From positions 6,184 through 70,183 of the IMG/VR virus record IMGVR_UViG_3300017963_000264: a stretch of DNA of 64,000 nucleotides, one strand, 5' to 3'. Source of the stretch: a virus. Of the stretch, positions 36,047 to 46,566 are shown piece after piece. Numbering within the stretch: position 1 is the stretch's first letter; each line of letters starts with the position of its first letter. Both the position numbers and the translations under genes were made by a program. The notes under the pieces were generated by a model that did not search any database, had not been told where the DNA came from, and saw only the letters and a list, made by a program, of their open reading frames with translations.

Positions 36047-39000
36047 ATTGCCACGCTTCCTGATTCATAATTATCATTATAATACACTGTTGAATCATAC
36101 TGCAATGCAGATATTTTTATATCCAATTTGCTGCTTCTTTTCATTTCTTCAATTTTGTATTGATATACATCTCCTGTATTTCTACAAATAGTATAAGGGG
36201 TGTATTGATTAAAAGTGCCAGAGGAACTAATTGTAACAGTCCATGTATTAGTATCAAATGGACCTGTTATTATATAACTTTGTAAAGTATCATCAGGATC
36301 GCGAACCATTAATATACAATTCCCTGAAAATATAGAGCTATCAAGATTTATTTCTTGATCAAGATATACGGTAGTTCCAGTCCATTCATCATTTCTATCA
36401 TTATCTAAAGGAAGTCTTCCAGTAAAAGAATTAATGCTTGCCTGATAATTTATTACATCTCCGCTTGTGACAGGAATAGCCTCAAGCCCACTTTGAAAAT
36501 CTACTGATTTTAAAATAGAATCATTGATTTGCTGCCTTAATATGGCTTCTCTCACCGCTTGATCTTTATTATTAATACCATACATATTGAGCCTAACAAT
36601 TCTTGGCTGCCTTGACAATGACCTAAACGTGGATGATTGCCATTGTACAGTTTTTTCAATATATTCAAGGTCTAAGTCACGATAAACAATTTCAACCGCA
36701 TCTGATCTTTCTGCCTGACGAACCCATTTAACATGATCGCTTTGAGGCACAATGTTGCCAGCGCCAAATAAAGCCGAAGCAGTAACAGGTTTATTAATAA
36801 GAGCAGAAAAACTTGTTCCTCTTTTTATTATCCTTGCTCTACCACAATCTTCAATTAATTGTAACGCCTCATCGACGGTTCTAACAGAATCAAATATAAC
36901 ATTTAATTGTGCTCGTTTATTACCATCAACCGTAGTATTAGTCCAATCTGCCCAATCTTCCCAATCATCCTCATCAAAACGGGCAGCATCAATTCCAGGA
37001 CCATAAACATCATTTGTCAACATATCAAATGCGCCATAAGCATTAGTAGTTGGATTTAATGATTGAGTATTATCTCTACCGTAATCCGGGGCAGTTATTA
37101 AACTTCTATTTGATAATACCCTATAAGTTGGAATTCTACCAGAAGATAATTCTTGCGCCTTTAAAGAAATTCCAATGCATTGTAAATAAGGGTATGTTAA
37201 AGTTAAATTTAAAAATTCATCGACATATTGTAATAATAAAGTTGTCTGTTCGCGAGCATCATTATCATCTTTAGAAAGCCGTCTTACTCGTATATCATAT
37301 TTCCCACGGCTGGGCATAGTATAAGTCTCTTGCTCTTTATATGGATTTCTTGTCGCCTTGCTCAATGTCGAAGCACTTACTGTCCAATCACTTGTATTTG
37401 TTTTACGATAGGCGACTTGAACTCTCACACTTGCGCTATTAAGCGTACTATCATTTTGGATATTATATATTCCGTATGGAAAGCTAAATGTCAGAGTAAA
37501 CTTATCAATAACTCCTTTAGTTGTAAAAATATATTCCTGGTTATTATCATCTGGTAAAGCAGCATCTGGTGCATCAAAAGAAGATGAGCTATAAGCAGAA
37601 CCACCAATTATTATTCTTGCATCATCTATGTAACAATCGCCATATTTAACATCACTGCTTTCTACTCCATTAGTAAGCCTTGCTTTTCCTATCGCCTGAT
37701 ACCACGTTCCGGCAGGTGGATCTATTCTTGTATTAGAGGTATTGGCGGCATCCCCTAATCTTTCGCCATCAAGATAAATTCTTAACCCTTCATTTGTTCT
37801 TCTTTGAACGCATATATGATACCATGTATCGGCATTTAAGGTAGCGGATTCGCTTTTATAATAATAATGTTTATGATCCCCACCACTTTCTCTTCTAAAT
37901 TGATTAAACACAATCGAATTGCCATTTTCAATAAATAAACCCCAAAAATATTGATCTGCCCCTGGCAATTCTCTACTCTGCCCCATTAACGCATGGTCAT
38001 CAACAACACTCGCTCTAAACCAGCATTCAATCGTATAATATGCTTCTGTCCAAATATTAAAAGATTCTTCGTTATCACAACTCACATAAGCATTAGCCGA
38101 TGTTAAATCAAGAGAGGCGCTACCAAATATAGGTGCAGGACTTGTAGTCAAATCTGCACTATTCTGGCACGTCCATATATTGGCAGTATCTGAATCATCT
38201 TCTATGGTAGTGCTCCCATTGTCCCCATCAAAATGTAAAATAAAAGCGGATGCACGAGTATAATAAAGATACCTATCAATATTTCTCATTTGGTGAGGGG
38301 TTGTAAAATCTGTATTACTACCCCAGTTTGGGCTTGCACTTCCATCTGTTGTTACCAATGCATAATCATCAGCATCATAAAAAGAAAGCAATTGATCACC
38401 AACATATATATCATCTACCGTAGGCTCGTTATTTGTCTCCCCTTCTGCTACTAACAATAATGTATGCGACCATTGATCGTTACTACTATCAATTTCAATC
38501 CATTGATTTATAACAGCAGGTTTGCTAATTACACTTCCATAAATTACAGGAATGGCAAGCCCTTCTTTTGCAGGGTTTGCGTCTATATCCCAATGATATG
38601 TAGGGGAGTCCTCAGAAGAAGAGGACGGCTTTCCGCCACCCGATAAACCAGGGTTTAATAATAAACCACCAGCAGTTATTACAGCCGCCGCAGCAACACC
38701 ACCTGCAATCCCAGCCCCTGTAGCACCAAGGGCAGGAGTCAACGCCGTAGTAACATAAGGGGAAACAACATACGAAGCTACCACAGCAAGTGCAATTAAA
38801 CCAACCGCTTGCACAGCATCTTTTTCAATCCTTGGGTATATATGGATAACATCATTTGCTTTTAACCGAGTATTATAATCTTCAACTAATACGCTATTTC
38901 TTAATACTATAACAGGTCGCTTTTCTTCTGCTGCCTCAATAAGACTATAAATTGTCCGCCCTTCCATCTCTGGAATAGGAATATAATCTCTTTTAAAAGG

Positions 39001-39057
39001 CTCAAAAGGATTATCTATTTTTATTAAACTACCCGACATATTTATAATACCCAACAA
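36043..39057 (-). CDS. Tail tip / host-specificity protein (lambda I/J-like) with inserted LamG domain
   Basis: Ubiquitin-like N-terminus, SPTYHW...IPVIYG, LLLVAEG, LHFDG...TIECWF...WYHI...YIDDARI, YDIRVRR. Confidence 0.8.
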   Translation of the reverse strand: MLGIINMSGSLIKIDNPFEPFKRDYIPIPEMEGRTIYSLIEAAEEKRPVIVLRNSVLVEDYNTRLKANDVIHIYPRIEKDAVQAVGLIALAVVASYVVSPYVTTALTPALGATGAGIAGGVAAAAVITAGGLLLNPGLSGGGKPSSSSEDSPTYHWDIDANPAKEGLAIPVIYGSVISKPAVINQWIEIDSSNDQWSHTLLLVAEGETNNEPTVDDIYVGDQLLSFYDADDYALVTTDGSASPNWGSNTDFTTPHQMRNIDRYLYYTRASAFILHFDGDNGSTTIEDDSDTANIWTCQNSADLTTSPAPIFGSASLDLTSANAYVSCDNEESFNIWTEAYYTIECWFRASVVDDHALMGQSRELPGADQYFWGLFIENGNSIVFNQFRRESGGDHKHYYYKSESATLNADTWYHICVQRRTNEGLRIYLDGERLGDAANTSNTRIDPPAGTWYQAIGKARLTNGVESSDVKYGDCYIDDARIIIGGSAYSSSSFDAPDAALPDDNNQEYIFTTKGVIDKFTLTFSFPYGIYNIQNDSTLNSASVRVQVAYRKTNTSDWTVSASTLSKATRNPYKEQETYTMPSRGKYDIRVRRLSKDDNDAREQTTLLLQYVDEFLNLTLTYPYLQCIGISLKAQELSSGRIPTYRVLSNRSLITAPDYGRDNTQSLNPTTNAYGAFDMLTNDVYGPGIDAARFDEDDWEDWADWTNTTVDGNKRAQLNVIFDSVRTVDEALQLIEDCGRARIIKRGTSFSALINKPVTASALFGAGNIVPQSDHVKWVRQAERSDAVEIVYRDLDLEYIEKTVQWQSSTFRSLSRQPRIVRLNMYGINNKDQAVREAILRQQINDSILKSVDFQSGLEAIPVTSGDVINYQASINSFTGRLPLDNDRNDEWTGTTVYLDQEINLDSSIFSGNCILMVRDPDDTLQSYIITGPFDTNTWTVTISSSGTFNQYTPYTICRNTGDVYQYKIEEMKRSSKLDIKISALQYDSTVYYNDNYESGSVAI

Positions 39058-39394
39058 TGCGGTCTTTAATTAACGGATGATCTATTCGTATTTTATGAAC
39101 TCCCCGCTGGTCAATATCTTTAATTTGAAGAAAAGATTTTTTACTAATCATTATACCTATATGTCTTGTACCGTCTGTTTCAATTAACACAAGGCTCCCA
39201 ACTTGTGGCCCATCAAGAGAAATAAATTTATGCCTAATAAGATCTTTTAACTTAGGAAGTTCTGTGCCGAATCGACTGCTAACTTCCATACAAAGCCCAT
39301 AACAATCAAAATAATCAGGACCACGGCCTTTCTTTTTATATGGCTTACCAATTAAATCATTTATTTTAATTCGGCTCTTCGACATAATCTCCAC
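39029..39394 (-). CDS. NlpC/P60 tail-tip peptidase (lambda K-like)
   Basis: LIGKPY...GRGPDYFDCYGL, HIGI. Confidence 0.8.
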   Translation of the reverse strand: MEIMSKSRIKINDLIGKPYKKKGRGPDYFDCYGLCMEVSSRFGTELPKLKDLIRHKFISLDGPQVGSLVLIETDGTRHIGIMISKKSFLQIKDIDQRGVHKIRIDHPLIKDRIVGYYKYVG

Positions 39395-40781
39395 CGCCAG
39401 GTTCTTCTATCACGCCTCCACCCGGTTGTTCAACAAAATCACCATATAATATAGCATCGAATTTTATCTCCTCATAATAAGAATTACTCGCATAAAGTTG
39501 CCCATCAATTCCTGCTATTATTGTCTGACCACTAATATTAAGTTTGGCATCAAAATCTGAAGTACTTGTCTGTGTCTTTTGTAAATAAGCATCGGCGCTA
39601 AAAATATTTAAATTGCTTATCGATTGAATTAATGCATCTAAATTTATAGATTTAACGCCATATAATACAGCATCAATTGAAGTTGTTTCAGTATAAGTCT
39701 TTTTAAGTGTTGCATCAAGGGATGTGGTGGTTTGCGTTAATAGTATTATTGCATCAATAAAAAATTGAGCTGTCCCGCCTTCTCCAATTAATGCATCTAA
39801 ATTCGTTGTGCTTATCTGTGTCTTGTTTAAATAAGAATCAATTTGTACTATTACTTCACCATAAAGTACCGCATCAAATACTGTTTCAATCGTGCTATTT
39901 ACAGCATTTAATTTAGCATCGATTCCAATCGTTTTTTCAACAACTTCATTAATTAACGCATCTAAATTTGCTATACCTGTCTGTGCTTTATTTACCAGAG
40001 CATCAATTGAAACAGATTGTGACTTATCCCCAGGAATAATAATTGCATCAAAATAAGTTCTTTGTACTCCACCAATTACCGCATCAAATGCTAATGTTTT
40101 AATTGCCCCTATTTTATTTAATTTAGCATCTAAATAAGAAACCACAAACAAACTTCTAAAAGATTCTATATTAAATATACCGCCAGGAATGCCAGGCTGT
40201 CCACCAAATACCGATTCTTGTCCTAACCAAACACAATCATTAAAACTGCGCGAACAAGATGCGCTGTTGGTATATGGGCAAATAGTTGTATCGGAAGGCT
40301 TCCAACGACATAAATCTCTGCTTGTTACATGAGCAGGAAATTGATTTAAAAATAAATTTTCTTGCCCTAAATCAAATATTACCCATTCATTATTCGGGCC
40401 AGCATCAATATTAAGTATTTCATAAGTAGCAGTTAAAAATGCACTATTTAAATGCTCTGTATGTATTCGGCGATAGATAACCGTATCGCCAACGCCGCCT
40501 GCATCAAGTTCTTCTAAATATCCTTGTACTACTTTATCAACAGCAGAAACTTTTATCTGTATTTCTTCTGGTTTATCACCTCCGGTATCAGTATGGTCGC
40601 CACCTTCAAACCAAAATTTAGACCAAGTATAAGAATCCCAATTAATATCTTCATTGCTATTAGCGAGTCTAACAGTTTCACTTGTTTCCGACACTTGCCA
40701 TTCAAGCAGCTCAATAATCGATCCACTTTGATACAACTTATTTTTAGCAAGTATGACATCAGCAGGAAGTGTAACGGACAC
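39366..40781 (-). CDS. Minor tail protein (lambda L-like) with C-terminal repeat extension
   Basis: VRLAN..EDINW, C.W...C....C....C Fe-S motif, FGGQPGI, then (I/L/F)DA.L repeats. Confidence 0.7.
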   Translation of the reverse strand: MSVTLPADVILAKNKLYQSGSIIELLEWQVSETSETVRLANSNEDINWDSYTWSKFWFEGGDHTDTGGDKPEEIQIKVSAVDKVVQGYLEELDAGGVGDTVIYRRIHTEHLNSAFLTATYEILNIDAGPNNEWVIFDLGQENLFLNQFPAHVTSRDLCRWKPSDTTICPYTNSASCSRSFNDCVWLGQESVFGGQPGIPGGIFNIESFRSLFVVSYLDAKLNKIGAIKTLAFDAVIGGVQRTYFDAIIIPGDKSQSVSIDALVNKAQTGIANLDALINEVVEKTIGIDAKLNAVNSTIETVFDAVLYGEVIVQIDSYLNKTQISTTNLDALIGEGGTAQFFIDAIILLTQTTTSLDATLKKTYTETTSIDAVLYGVKSINLDALIQSISNLNIFSADAYLQKTQTSTSDFDAKLNISGQTIIAGIDGQLYASNSYYEEIKFDAILYGDFVEQPGGGVIEEPGGGDYVEEPN

Positions 40782-40783
40782 AA

Positions 40784-41233
40784 TTAAGCTACCTCAACAA
40801 TAGTCGCTCTTACATTAAGATGATTTGGGAACCGAGCATTTATTTTTTGTATTAAGCGCTCATCAGCAAAACGGCAAGTAAATATCGCAGGCTCACCATA
40901 GCCAACAATTAAATCAGTATCAAAACCATCATCAGGATCGCCAATATTTTCTCCACCATAACTTGCTACACCATATAATGATTCTGGAAATTCAAAATAA
41001 AAAGCATTAGCCCCACCATATACAGAGCGCCAAAATTCAACTAAATTTAACCATGACGCCTTAGTCATTGCTTGCCAATACAATTTAAATACCTTTTGCA
41101 TTTTTTGTGCCGCAGGCCTTGTAGCAGAATAACCACCGCTATATCCATGAAACAATACATGGGCAACCTCTTCAATTTGAATCTCAAACGGATAATTTAT
41201 ATCAGTCCAGCTCCATGTATAATCGACACTCAC
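40784..41233 (-). CDS. Distal tail protein (lambda M-like)
   Basis: FKLYW..MT....L..FW..V.GGA..FYF; directly after the tape measure gene. Confidence 0.65.
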   Translation of the reverse strand: MSVDYTWSWTDINYPFEIQIEEVAHVLFHGYSGGYSATRPAAQKMQKVFKLYWQAMTKASWLNLVEFWRSVYGGANAFYFEFPESLYGVASYGGENIGDPDDGFDTDLIVGYGEPAIFTCRFADERLIQKINARFPNHLNVRATIVEVA

Positions 41234-41236
41234 TAT

Positions 41237-43243
41237 CTAACCTCTCAGCCCACGCCTGAACGCTCTTGAATGCATTTTTTCATTTAATATAATTTCTGTA
41301 ATCACTCTATTAGGATCTATTTGGTTTGTTGTTTGCTGTACATCTGCCTCAACGCCTAAATTATTTACCACATTTACTTCTACATTCGGGGCTCCGCCTC
41401 TCATTTTGTCAGAAGGCATTACATACTCATTAGGATGAAATTCGTATGATTTGCCGCTTTGTCTACCAAAACCTACAACCCCTTCGCCTAAATAAGCACC
41501 ATGTTGCCCCATAACATCTGCTCGTGAACCTGTAGCAGATGCCCCAAAACCAAATAAACTTGGAAAATTTGAAAAAATATTAGTAAATATTCTGTTTGAT
41601 TGTATACTAACCAAATCCCTTAAAATAGAATTAACAAGGTCTTTAAAGCTAAGTTTACCAGTCATTACAAAATCCGTAAAAGCATCAGACATATTATCGG
41701 TTAATGCCCTTGTACTTTCTAAAATATCTGCATACGTATCATTATAACCTTTTTTTAATTCTTTAATTTTTTCAATCTGCTCATCTGTAAAAGTACGATC
41801 TGCTTTTACTTCCCAAGAATCACGAAAAGTCTTTATAATAGGAAGCGCATCTATATATTCAGTTTTAAGCTGATTAATTTTATCTATTTGTTCATCTGTA
41901 AAGGTGCGTTCGTCTTTTATTTCCCACGAATCACGATATGTTTTTAAAACCGGTTGCATTGCAATATAAGCATCTTGCTCTTTTTTAAGTGCAGCTAACC
42001 TTTCTGCTTCTGTCTGTTTTATTTTTTCTTTGCTTTTTTCTAAAAACTCAGAATAATTTCTTAAATTTTCAGCTTCAATTTCAGACCATGTTTTTTCGCC
42101 CGACTTCCTTGTGCTTACTTCTTGGACTCTATCCATCAAACCTACCATTCTTAACATCTCATCGCCAATGTTATTCATGGCTGCCCAAAACTCAATAGAA
42201 TCTTGAACTAAATCACCCAATCCCATACCAAGATCGTCCATTGCGCTATTAGTAAGAGCAAGCAAGCCAATAATCTTTCCGGCTTTTCCCCCAAATAAAG
42301 CAGTCCCCACAATGCCCCAGCCAGCCGCTGATGTTATTTGAGACGGGATTAAATTATATATATCAACTATTTTTTGAAGGGCTTCGCCTGTATTTTCAAT
42401 ATATCTAGGTATATCCTGTTCGAAAAGCTTACCATTCGCCTTAATCCACTCATTTAATTCTTTAATATATCTTGTCGTAATGGGGAGAAGATTTTTCCCA
42501 AGCTCGGCTCTTACATCTTCATAATTTGCTCTTAATTGCTTTGCTTGATTTGCATTACTGCCCATTGTTCGAGCAAGGTCGCCTATTGCATTTTTGCTAC
42601 CTCTTAATATAAGATTATAAGCAACCTGTGCCCTTGTAGATGCATCAAGTTCTTTTTTATTACTTATAATTCCGCTTCTTAACGCCTCTTGCTCGATAAC
42701 AGTTTGGTTAAGAACTACACCATATTTCTTCATTGTTTCAAAGTTGCCAACTAAAGCACTTTGAATATCACGCATTACATCTTCTGTTCTAAGATTATTA
42801 AAAGATCCTAAATCAGCCGCCAACCTAACTACTTCATTTGACATATCAGCAGCAGCATCAGCATTCATCCCCATAGGCTCTAACAGATCTTGCATTGAAG
42901 AAAGATAATGTCTTGCCTCTCTTTCGCTCATTGCAAAACTTTCTGTTAATTCATCAACCCATATATTTGCCCTGCCTCTAAGACTACCAAATACTGTATC
43001 AAACTTACTTGCAACTTCTTCTAAATCACTTGCGGCATCATTCATACTTTTTAATAAACTAATACCGCCAGCACCTGCAAGCAAACCAGGCAACGAAAAA
43101 GCCATCCTAAAAGAATTAGAAATAGTTCGTTGCATCTTAGTAGCACCAGTCCGTACCATACCATGAGCTTTATCAAGCTCTTTCTTTAATGGCTCAGACT
43201 TACCACTAATTAAAAGATATAATTTACCAAGATTTAACGCCAC
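41237..43243 (-). CDS. Tail tape measure protein
   Basis: LAADLGSFNN, ALVGNFETMKKYG, FVMTGKLSFKDL; duplicated RDSWE.K..RTFTDEQI segment. Confidence 0.88.
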   Translation of the reverse strand: MALNLGKLYLLISGKSEPLKKELDKAHGMVRTGATKMQRTISNSFRMAFSLPGLLAGAGGISLLKSMNDAASDLEEVASKFDTVFGSLRGRANIWVDELTESFAMSEREARHYLSSMQDLLEPMGMNADAAADMSNEVVRLAADLGSFNNLRTEDVMRDIQSALVGNFETMKKYGVVLNQTVIEQEALRSGIISNKKELDASTRAQVAYNLILRGSKNAIGDLARTMGSNANQAKQLRANYEDVRAELGKNLLPITTRYIKELNEWIKANGKLFEQDIPRYIENTGEALQKIVDIYNLIPSQITSAAGWGIVGTALFGGKAGKIIGLLALTNSAMDDLGMGLGDLVQDSIEFWAAMNNIGDEMLRMVGLMDRVQEVSTRKSGEKTWSEIEAENLRNYSEFLEKSKEKIKQTEAERLAALKKEQDAYIAMQPVLKTYRDSWEIKDERTFTDEQIDKINQLKTEYIDALPIIKTFRDSWEVKADRTFTDEQIEKIKELKKGYNDTYADILESTRALTDNMSDAFTDFVMTGKLSFKDLVNSILRDLVSIQSNRIFTNIFSNFPSLFGFGASATGSRADVMGQHGAYLGEGVVGFGRQSGKSYEFHPNEYVMPSDKMRGGAPNVEVNVVNNLGVEADVQQTTNQIDPNRVITEIILNEKMHSRAFRRGLRG

Positions 43244-43871
43244 TATCTTTTATCCAATATAAAATGATTTTCTAAAAACAAAATTTTATCAAGTGTATCA
43301 GAATTACCATTAAACATTTCAAGCATTTTTAATACAACGTTCATATCAAGCCCAAGTGGATATTTGCCCATTGGTGGAAAAATTAATTGATTTCTAACCC
43401 TGAGAAATATATCAACTGCAAGCTCATTTTCTTCTTCCAACGGAGGAACACAAGACAAACAATCTGGTTCTTCTCCACGCTTTTTTAAATACTTTATGCA
43501 CAATTCACAAGGAGGCTTATTGCTTAACCCCTCTATGTGCCCGATAAGTTTTTTTCCAAGCGCTCCTTGCGCTCTTTTATTTCATTGCCCAATTGATTAA
43601 TAAGGGTATTAATAGTCATCATAAAATCAGTTGATTCATTCATCAACTTAATTTTATTTTCCTTTGTACAAGGAATCTCATTGCCCTCTTCATCAAGCAA
43701 GCACTTCCAATCTACAATACAATAATCCCAAGTGGCTTCGTCTTTTTTATTTGCAGGTGTCTTTTCAAGCTGTCTTAAAAACTTATCATTAGCAACCCGA
43801 ACACAAATAGATGTGTCTTCGTCAAAATTAAACCACTTACCCGGATTAGGGTCATTAAAGTTAATTCTCAT
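43243..43871 (-). CDS. Tail assembly chaperones G (43533-43871) and GT via -1 frameshift
   Basis: GAA AAA AAC slippery site at about 43548-43556; the -1 frame reads KLIGHIEGLSNKPPCELC and runs in frame into ORF 43243-43503. Confidence 0.8.
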
Positions 43872-43880
43872 CGTTTATTT

Positions 43881-43936
43881 TGCTCCCGTATATATTAACA
43901 TTAGTTTAAAAAGATCTCTTGATATACGTTAAATAA
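43881..43936 (-). promoter_or_regulatory. 56-bp intergenic element, copy 2
   Basis: Near-identical to 25772-25827; TGtTAATAT extended -10-like box. Confidence 0.75.
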
Positions 43937-43954
43937 ACCCGTTTAAAAACGATT

Positions 43955-44371
43955 CTAAACGAATGTAATTGGCCCAGATCCAGACAATGTTAAACTAATC
44001 GATGCCACTGTATTATGAGCCTGATTAATTGTATAGGTCGTAACCCGGCCTCCGGCAGCACTATCTGTGGTTACATCTGGGACCCAGTAACTCGTATTAT
44101 CAACATATACCTTAATACTATTTATCAAACTACCGCCAGCCCATGCCGTCTCAATTGCCGATTGCCCTGTTGAGTCACTTGGATCATAATGACCGCTGAC
44201 AGAAAGCGACCATTTTCGCATACCAACATCGCTCTTTCCCCAGGTACTTCCAAAAGCAGTTGTATCAATTTCTTCATTACTAAGATCAAGAGACCAAGAA
44301 GCCATTTCAGCCACTGTATAGGTCCCATATTTTACCGTTGCATCTCTTCCATTATAAGTTGACATATTCAA
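43955..44371 (-). CDS. Major tail tube protein (likely ATG at 44365)
   Basis: SWSLD...EEIDTT.FG..W....GMRKWSLSVSG...GSG. Confidence 0.8.
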   Translation of the reverse strand: MNMSTYNGRDATVKYGTYTVAEMASWSLDLSNEEIDTTAFGSTWGKSDVGMRKWSLSVSGHYDPSDSTGQSAIETAWAGGSLINSIKVYVDNTSYWVPDVTTDSAAGGRVTTYTINQAHNTVASISLTLSGSGPITFV

Positions 44372-44397
44372 TCTCCTCGTGCTCCCGGGAGATTATA

Positions 44398-45027
44398 CTA
44401 AAAATTAAATTCACCCTGACCTGTCTTCATTAGTTTTTCACTTAAACTCCAAAGGTTTTTATTAACCCTCATTAAAGTCATGTGTTCTGTTTCGATATCG
44501 CAATCGACATGTATACTATACCCAGCGGCACGTGCCCGATAACAAAAATCTATATCTTCACCGACAGGATTATTTTCTTCTGTTTTATCAAATTTAAACC
44601 AAGGATAATCGATATTATCAAATACCTCGCAATTAATCATCAAACATCCTGTGCCAGTAGCAGTTACCTCAGTTATGCCTTTGGGTATTTGTTCCATTAG
44701 ACGCATTTTATAAGGCTCTCCGGTATAAAGAATCGGATTGAAAGGCGGCCAACGCTTAAAAGTCAATGCCCCCACAATATTTCTTTTCCTTAAAAATAAC
44801 CTTGTTATTGTATCCTGTGGATAAATCATATCAGCATCAAGAAAAAGCAAATGCGTACAATCCATAGCAAGTGCTCGCATAACAATAGTATTTCTCATTT
44901 CGTGTATCGGCCCACTTTGAGATCGTATTACCTCTGTACCTTCTGGCTTATCAAGCATAGTAAAAGAATCAAAGAAATCACTATGGCAATAAGGCCAACT
45001 TAAAGGTATTCCTACGGCTAATTTCAT
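44398..45027 (-). CDS. GT-A glycosyltransferase, paralog 2
   Basis: VGIP, MRN, THLLFLDAD, TGTGC, PWF, GEDIDFC. Confidence 0.75.
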   Translation of the reverse strand: MKLAVGIPLSWPYCHSDFFDSFTMLDKPEGTEVIRSQSGPIHEMRNTIVMRALAMDCTHLLFLDADMIYPQDTITRLFLRKRNIVGALTFKRWPPFNPILYTGEPYKMRLMEQIPKGITEVTATGTGCLMINCEVFDNIDYPWFKFDKTEENNPVGEDIDFCYRARAAGYSIHVDCDIETEHMTLMRVNKNLWSLSEKLMKTGQGEFNF

Positions 45028-45175
45028 CGCTCTTCCTTTTCTTCGTATCGTTCTACTATACCTTGATTAATTAATTGCTTGATAGTCAATGCCGACAATT
45101 CTCTTTTTGGTTTAAGTATACTTCCTTTCCTAAAATTATTCCAATCTTTTAATAATCTTAATATTACTTTTTCCA

Positions 45176-45847
45176 TTAAATTTGCTCTCCCGGTTTATTA
45201 TAGCATTGCCATGTTTCTTTTTCAGGCTTAAAAGTCCAATTAGATGCCCTTCTTCTTCTAAAAAGCATCAAATCATGGGCATACCATTTTGTTGAATACA
45301 CCCTGCGATAATCCTTATCATCATTTTTAGGGTCAACAATTACGTGATCATGATATATATAGGCTTCTTTGCAAAAAACATATCTCCCCAACTCAGCGGC
45401 ACGAAAAGACAATTCGTTATCACAAAAACAATGGTAGTATTGAGTGCAGAAAAACTCACCGTCAAGCAACGGCAACAAACGCTTGTCGGCCAGCCAATGC
45501 GCTGCCGCTTTGACTTGACCTTTGAGCCGTACGTTATCGTCAAAACCAACCATCCCCCAACCATCAGGCAACGTTTCCATCGCTTCGAGCGCATTTTTTA
45601 AAAAATCCTTTTGCGGTATGCAATCATCACCAATATATGCTACCATTTGCCCTTTAGATTTATCAGTTAATTTTTTAACCATCTTAGGGGCACCAATCCT
45701 CTCTTTATCTTCTTCTGTAACTATCTCATAATCTAATATACCAGCATTCTCATGAATTGCTTCAAAGCATCGTAAAGCTTTATCTTTTCTTATTACTGGT
45801 ATTACTATTGATACTAACATAATACCTTGCTCCCATTTTCTTTCCAA
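45176..45847 (-). CDS. GT2-family glycosyltransferase
   Basis: VSIVIP, YIGDDC, HCFCDNE, YHDH. Confidence 0.75.
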   Translation of the reverse strand: MERKWEQGIMLVSIVIPVIRKDKALRCFEAIHENAGILDYEIVTEEDKERIGAPKMVKKLTDKSKGQMVAYIGDDCIPQKDFLKNALEAMETLPDGWGMVGFDDNVRLKGQVKAAAHWLADKRLLPLLDGEFFCTQYYHCFCDNELSFRAAELGRYVFCKEAYIYHDHVIVDPKNDDKDYRRVYSTKWYAHDLMLFRRRRASNWTFKPEKETWQCYNKPGEQI

Positions 45848-46566
45848 TAATCACACTGATCTAAAATCTGTTTCTCTGTTATATTATGATTATGAAAACT
45901 ATAACCCTTTTTTAAATTATTTTCTCCTTGCCTATTACGATTTTTAAGCCTTCTGCTAACAGCTAATTTAGGATCTGCCATACGCCAATGGGCGCCAATC
46001 ATCTCTTCTTTGCATTCGGCCACGCTATCATTTTTAATATATTGATGACAACCAGGCAACCAAGCAATATTAATTCCTTTTTTAACAACTATTGGCTTCC
46101 TAAAACGACCATTCATTCCCGTTATGGTATTAGGGTCGCCATATTTTCTTTGCGGCATTGGCATTTTATTTTCATTTATATCTTTATCTGTCTTATGACG
46201 ATAAACTTGATACATACGGGCATAACAAAGATTACCGTCTTGTCTTTTTAAAAAAGGCCAATGACTTTCGCTATTTTTTGGCTCAATAAATTCGTCTGCA
46301 TCAACACTATATACCCAATCAAATCTATCAAGAAGCATTGGCATAATGGCATTTATATATCCTTGTTTTTTACCATCATCCATTACTCCACCAAGATCAA
46401 TACCAGTTAAAACAATATTAGAAAATTCACTTGCTATTTTTTCACAACCATCATTAGTACTTTCATCAAACAAAATATAAATACAATCTGCAAAAGCATA
46501 ATGGTGACAAAATAAACGAGCTAAATCTTTTTCATTGTACCATACCGTTAAAACAGCTATTTTCAT
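45814..46566 (-). CDS. GT2-like glycosyltransferase
   Basis: YNE, DESTNDG, WVYSVDADEF, PGCH. Confidence 0.7.
   Translation of the reverse strand: MKIAVLTVWYNEKDLARLFCHHYAFADCIYILFDESTNDGCEKIASEFSNIVLTGIDLGGVMDDGKKQGYINAIMPMLLDRFDWVYSVDADEFIEPKNSESHWPFLKRQDGNLCYARMYQVYRHKTDKDINENKMPMPQRKYGDPNTITGMNGRFRKPIVVKKGINIAWLPGCHQYIKNDSVAECKEEMIGAHWRMADPKLAVSRRLKNRNRQGENNLKKGYSFHNHNITEKQILDQCDYWKENGSKVLC

Noticed and set aside
26404-39057. Diversity-generating retroelement acting on tail fibres
   Set aside because: No reverse transcriptase, and no TR/VR pair with adenine-specific differences noticed
41760-41950. Internal duplication in the tape measure gene as a separate element
   Set aside because: Ordinary in-frame repeat typical of tape measure length variation
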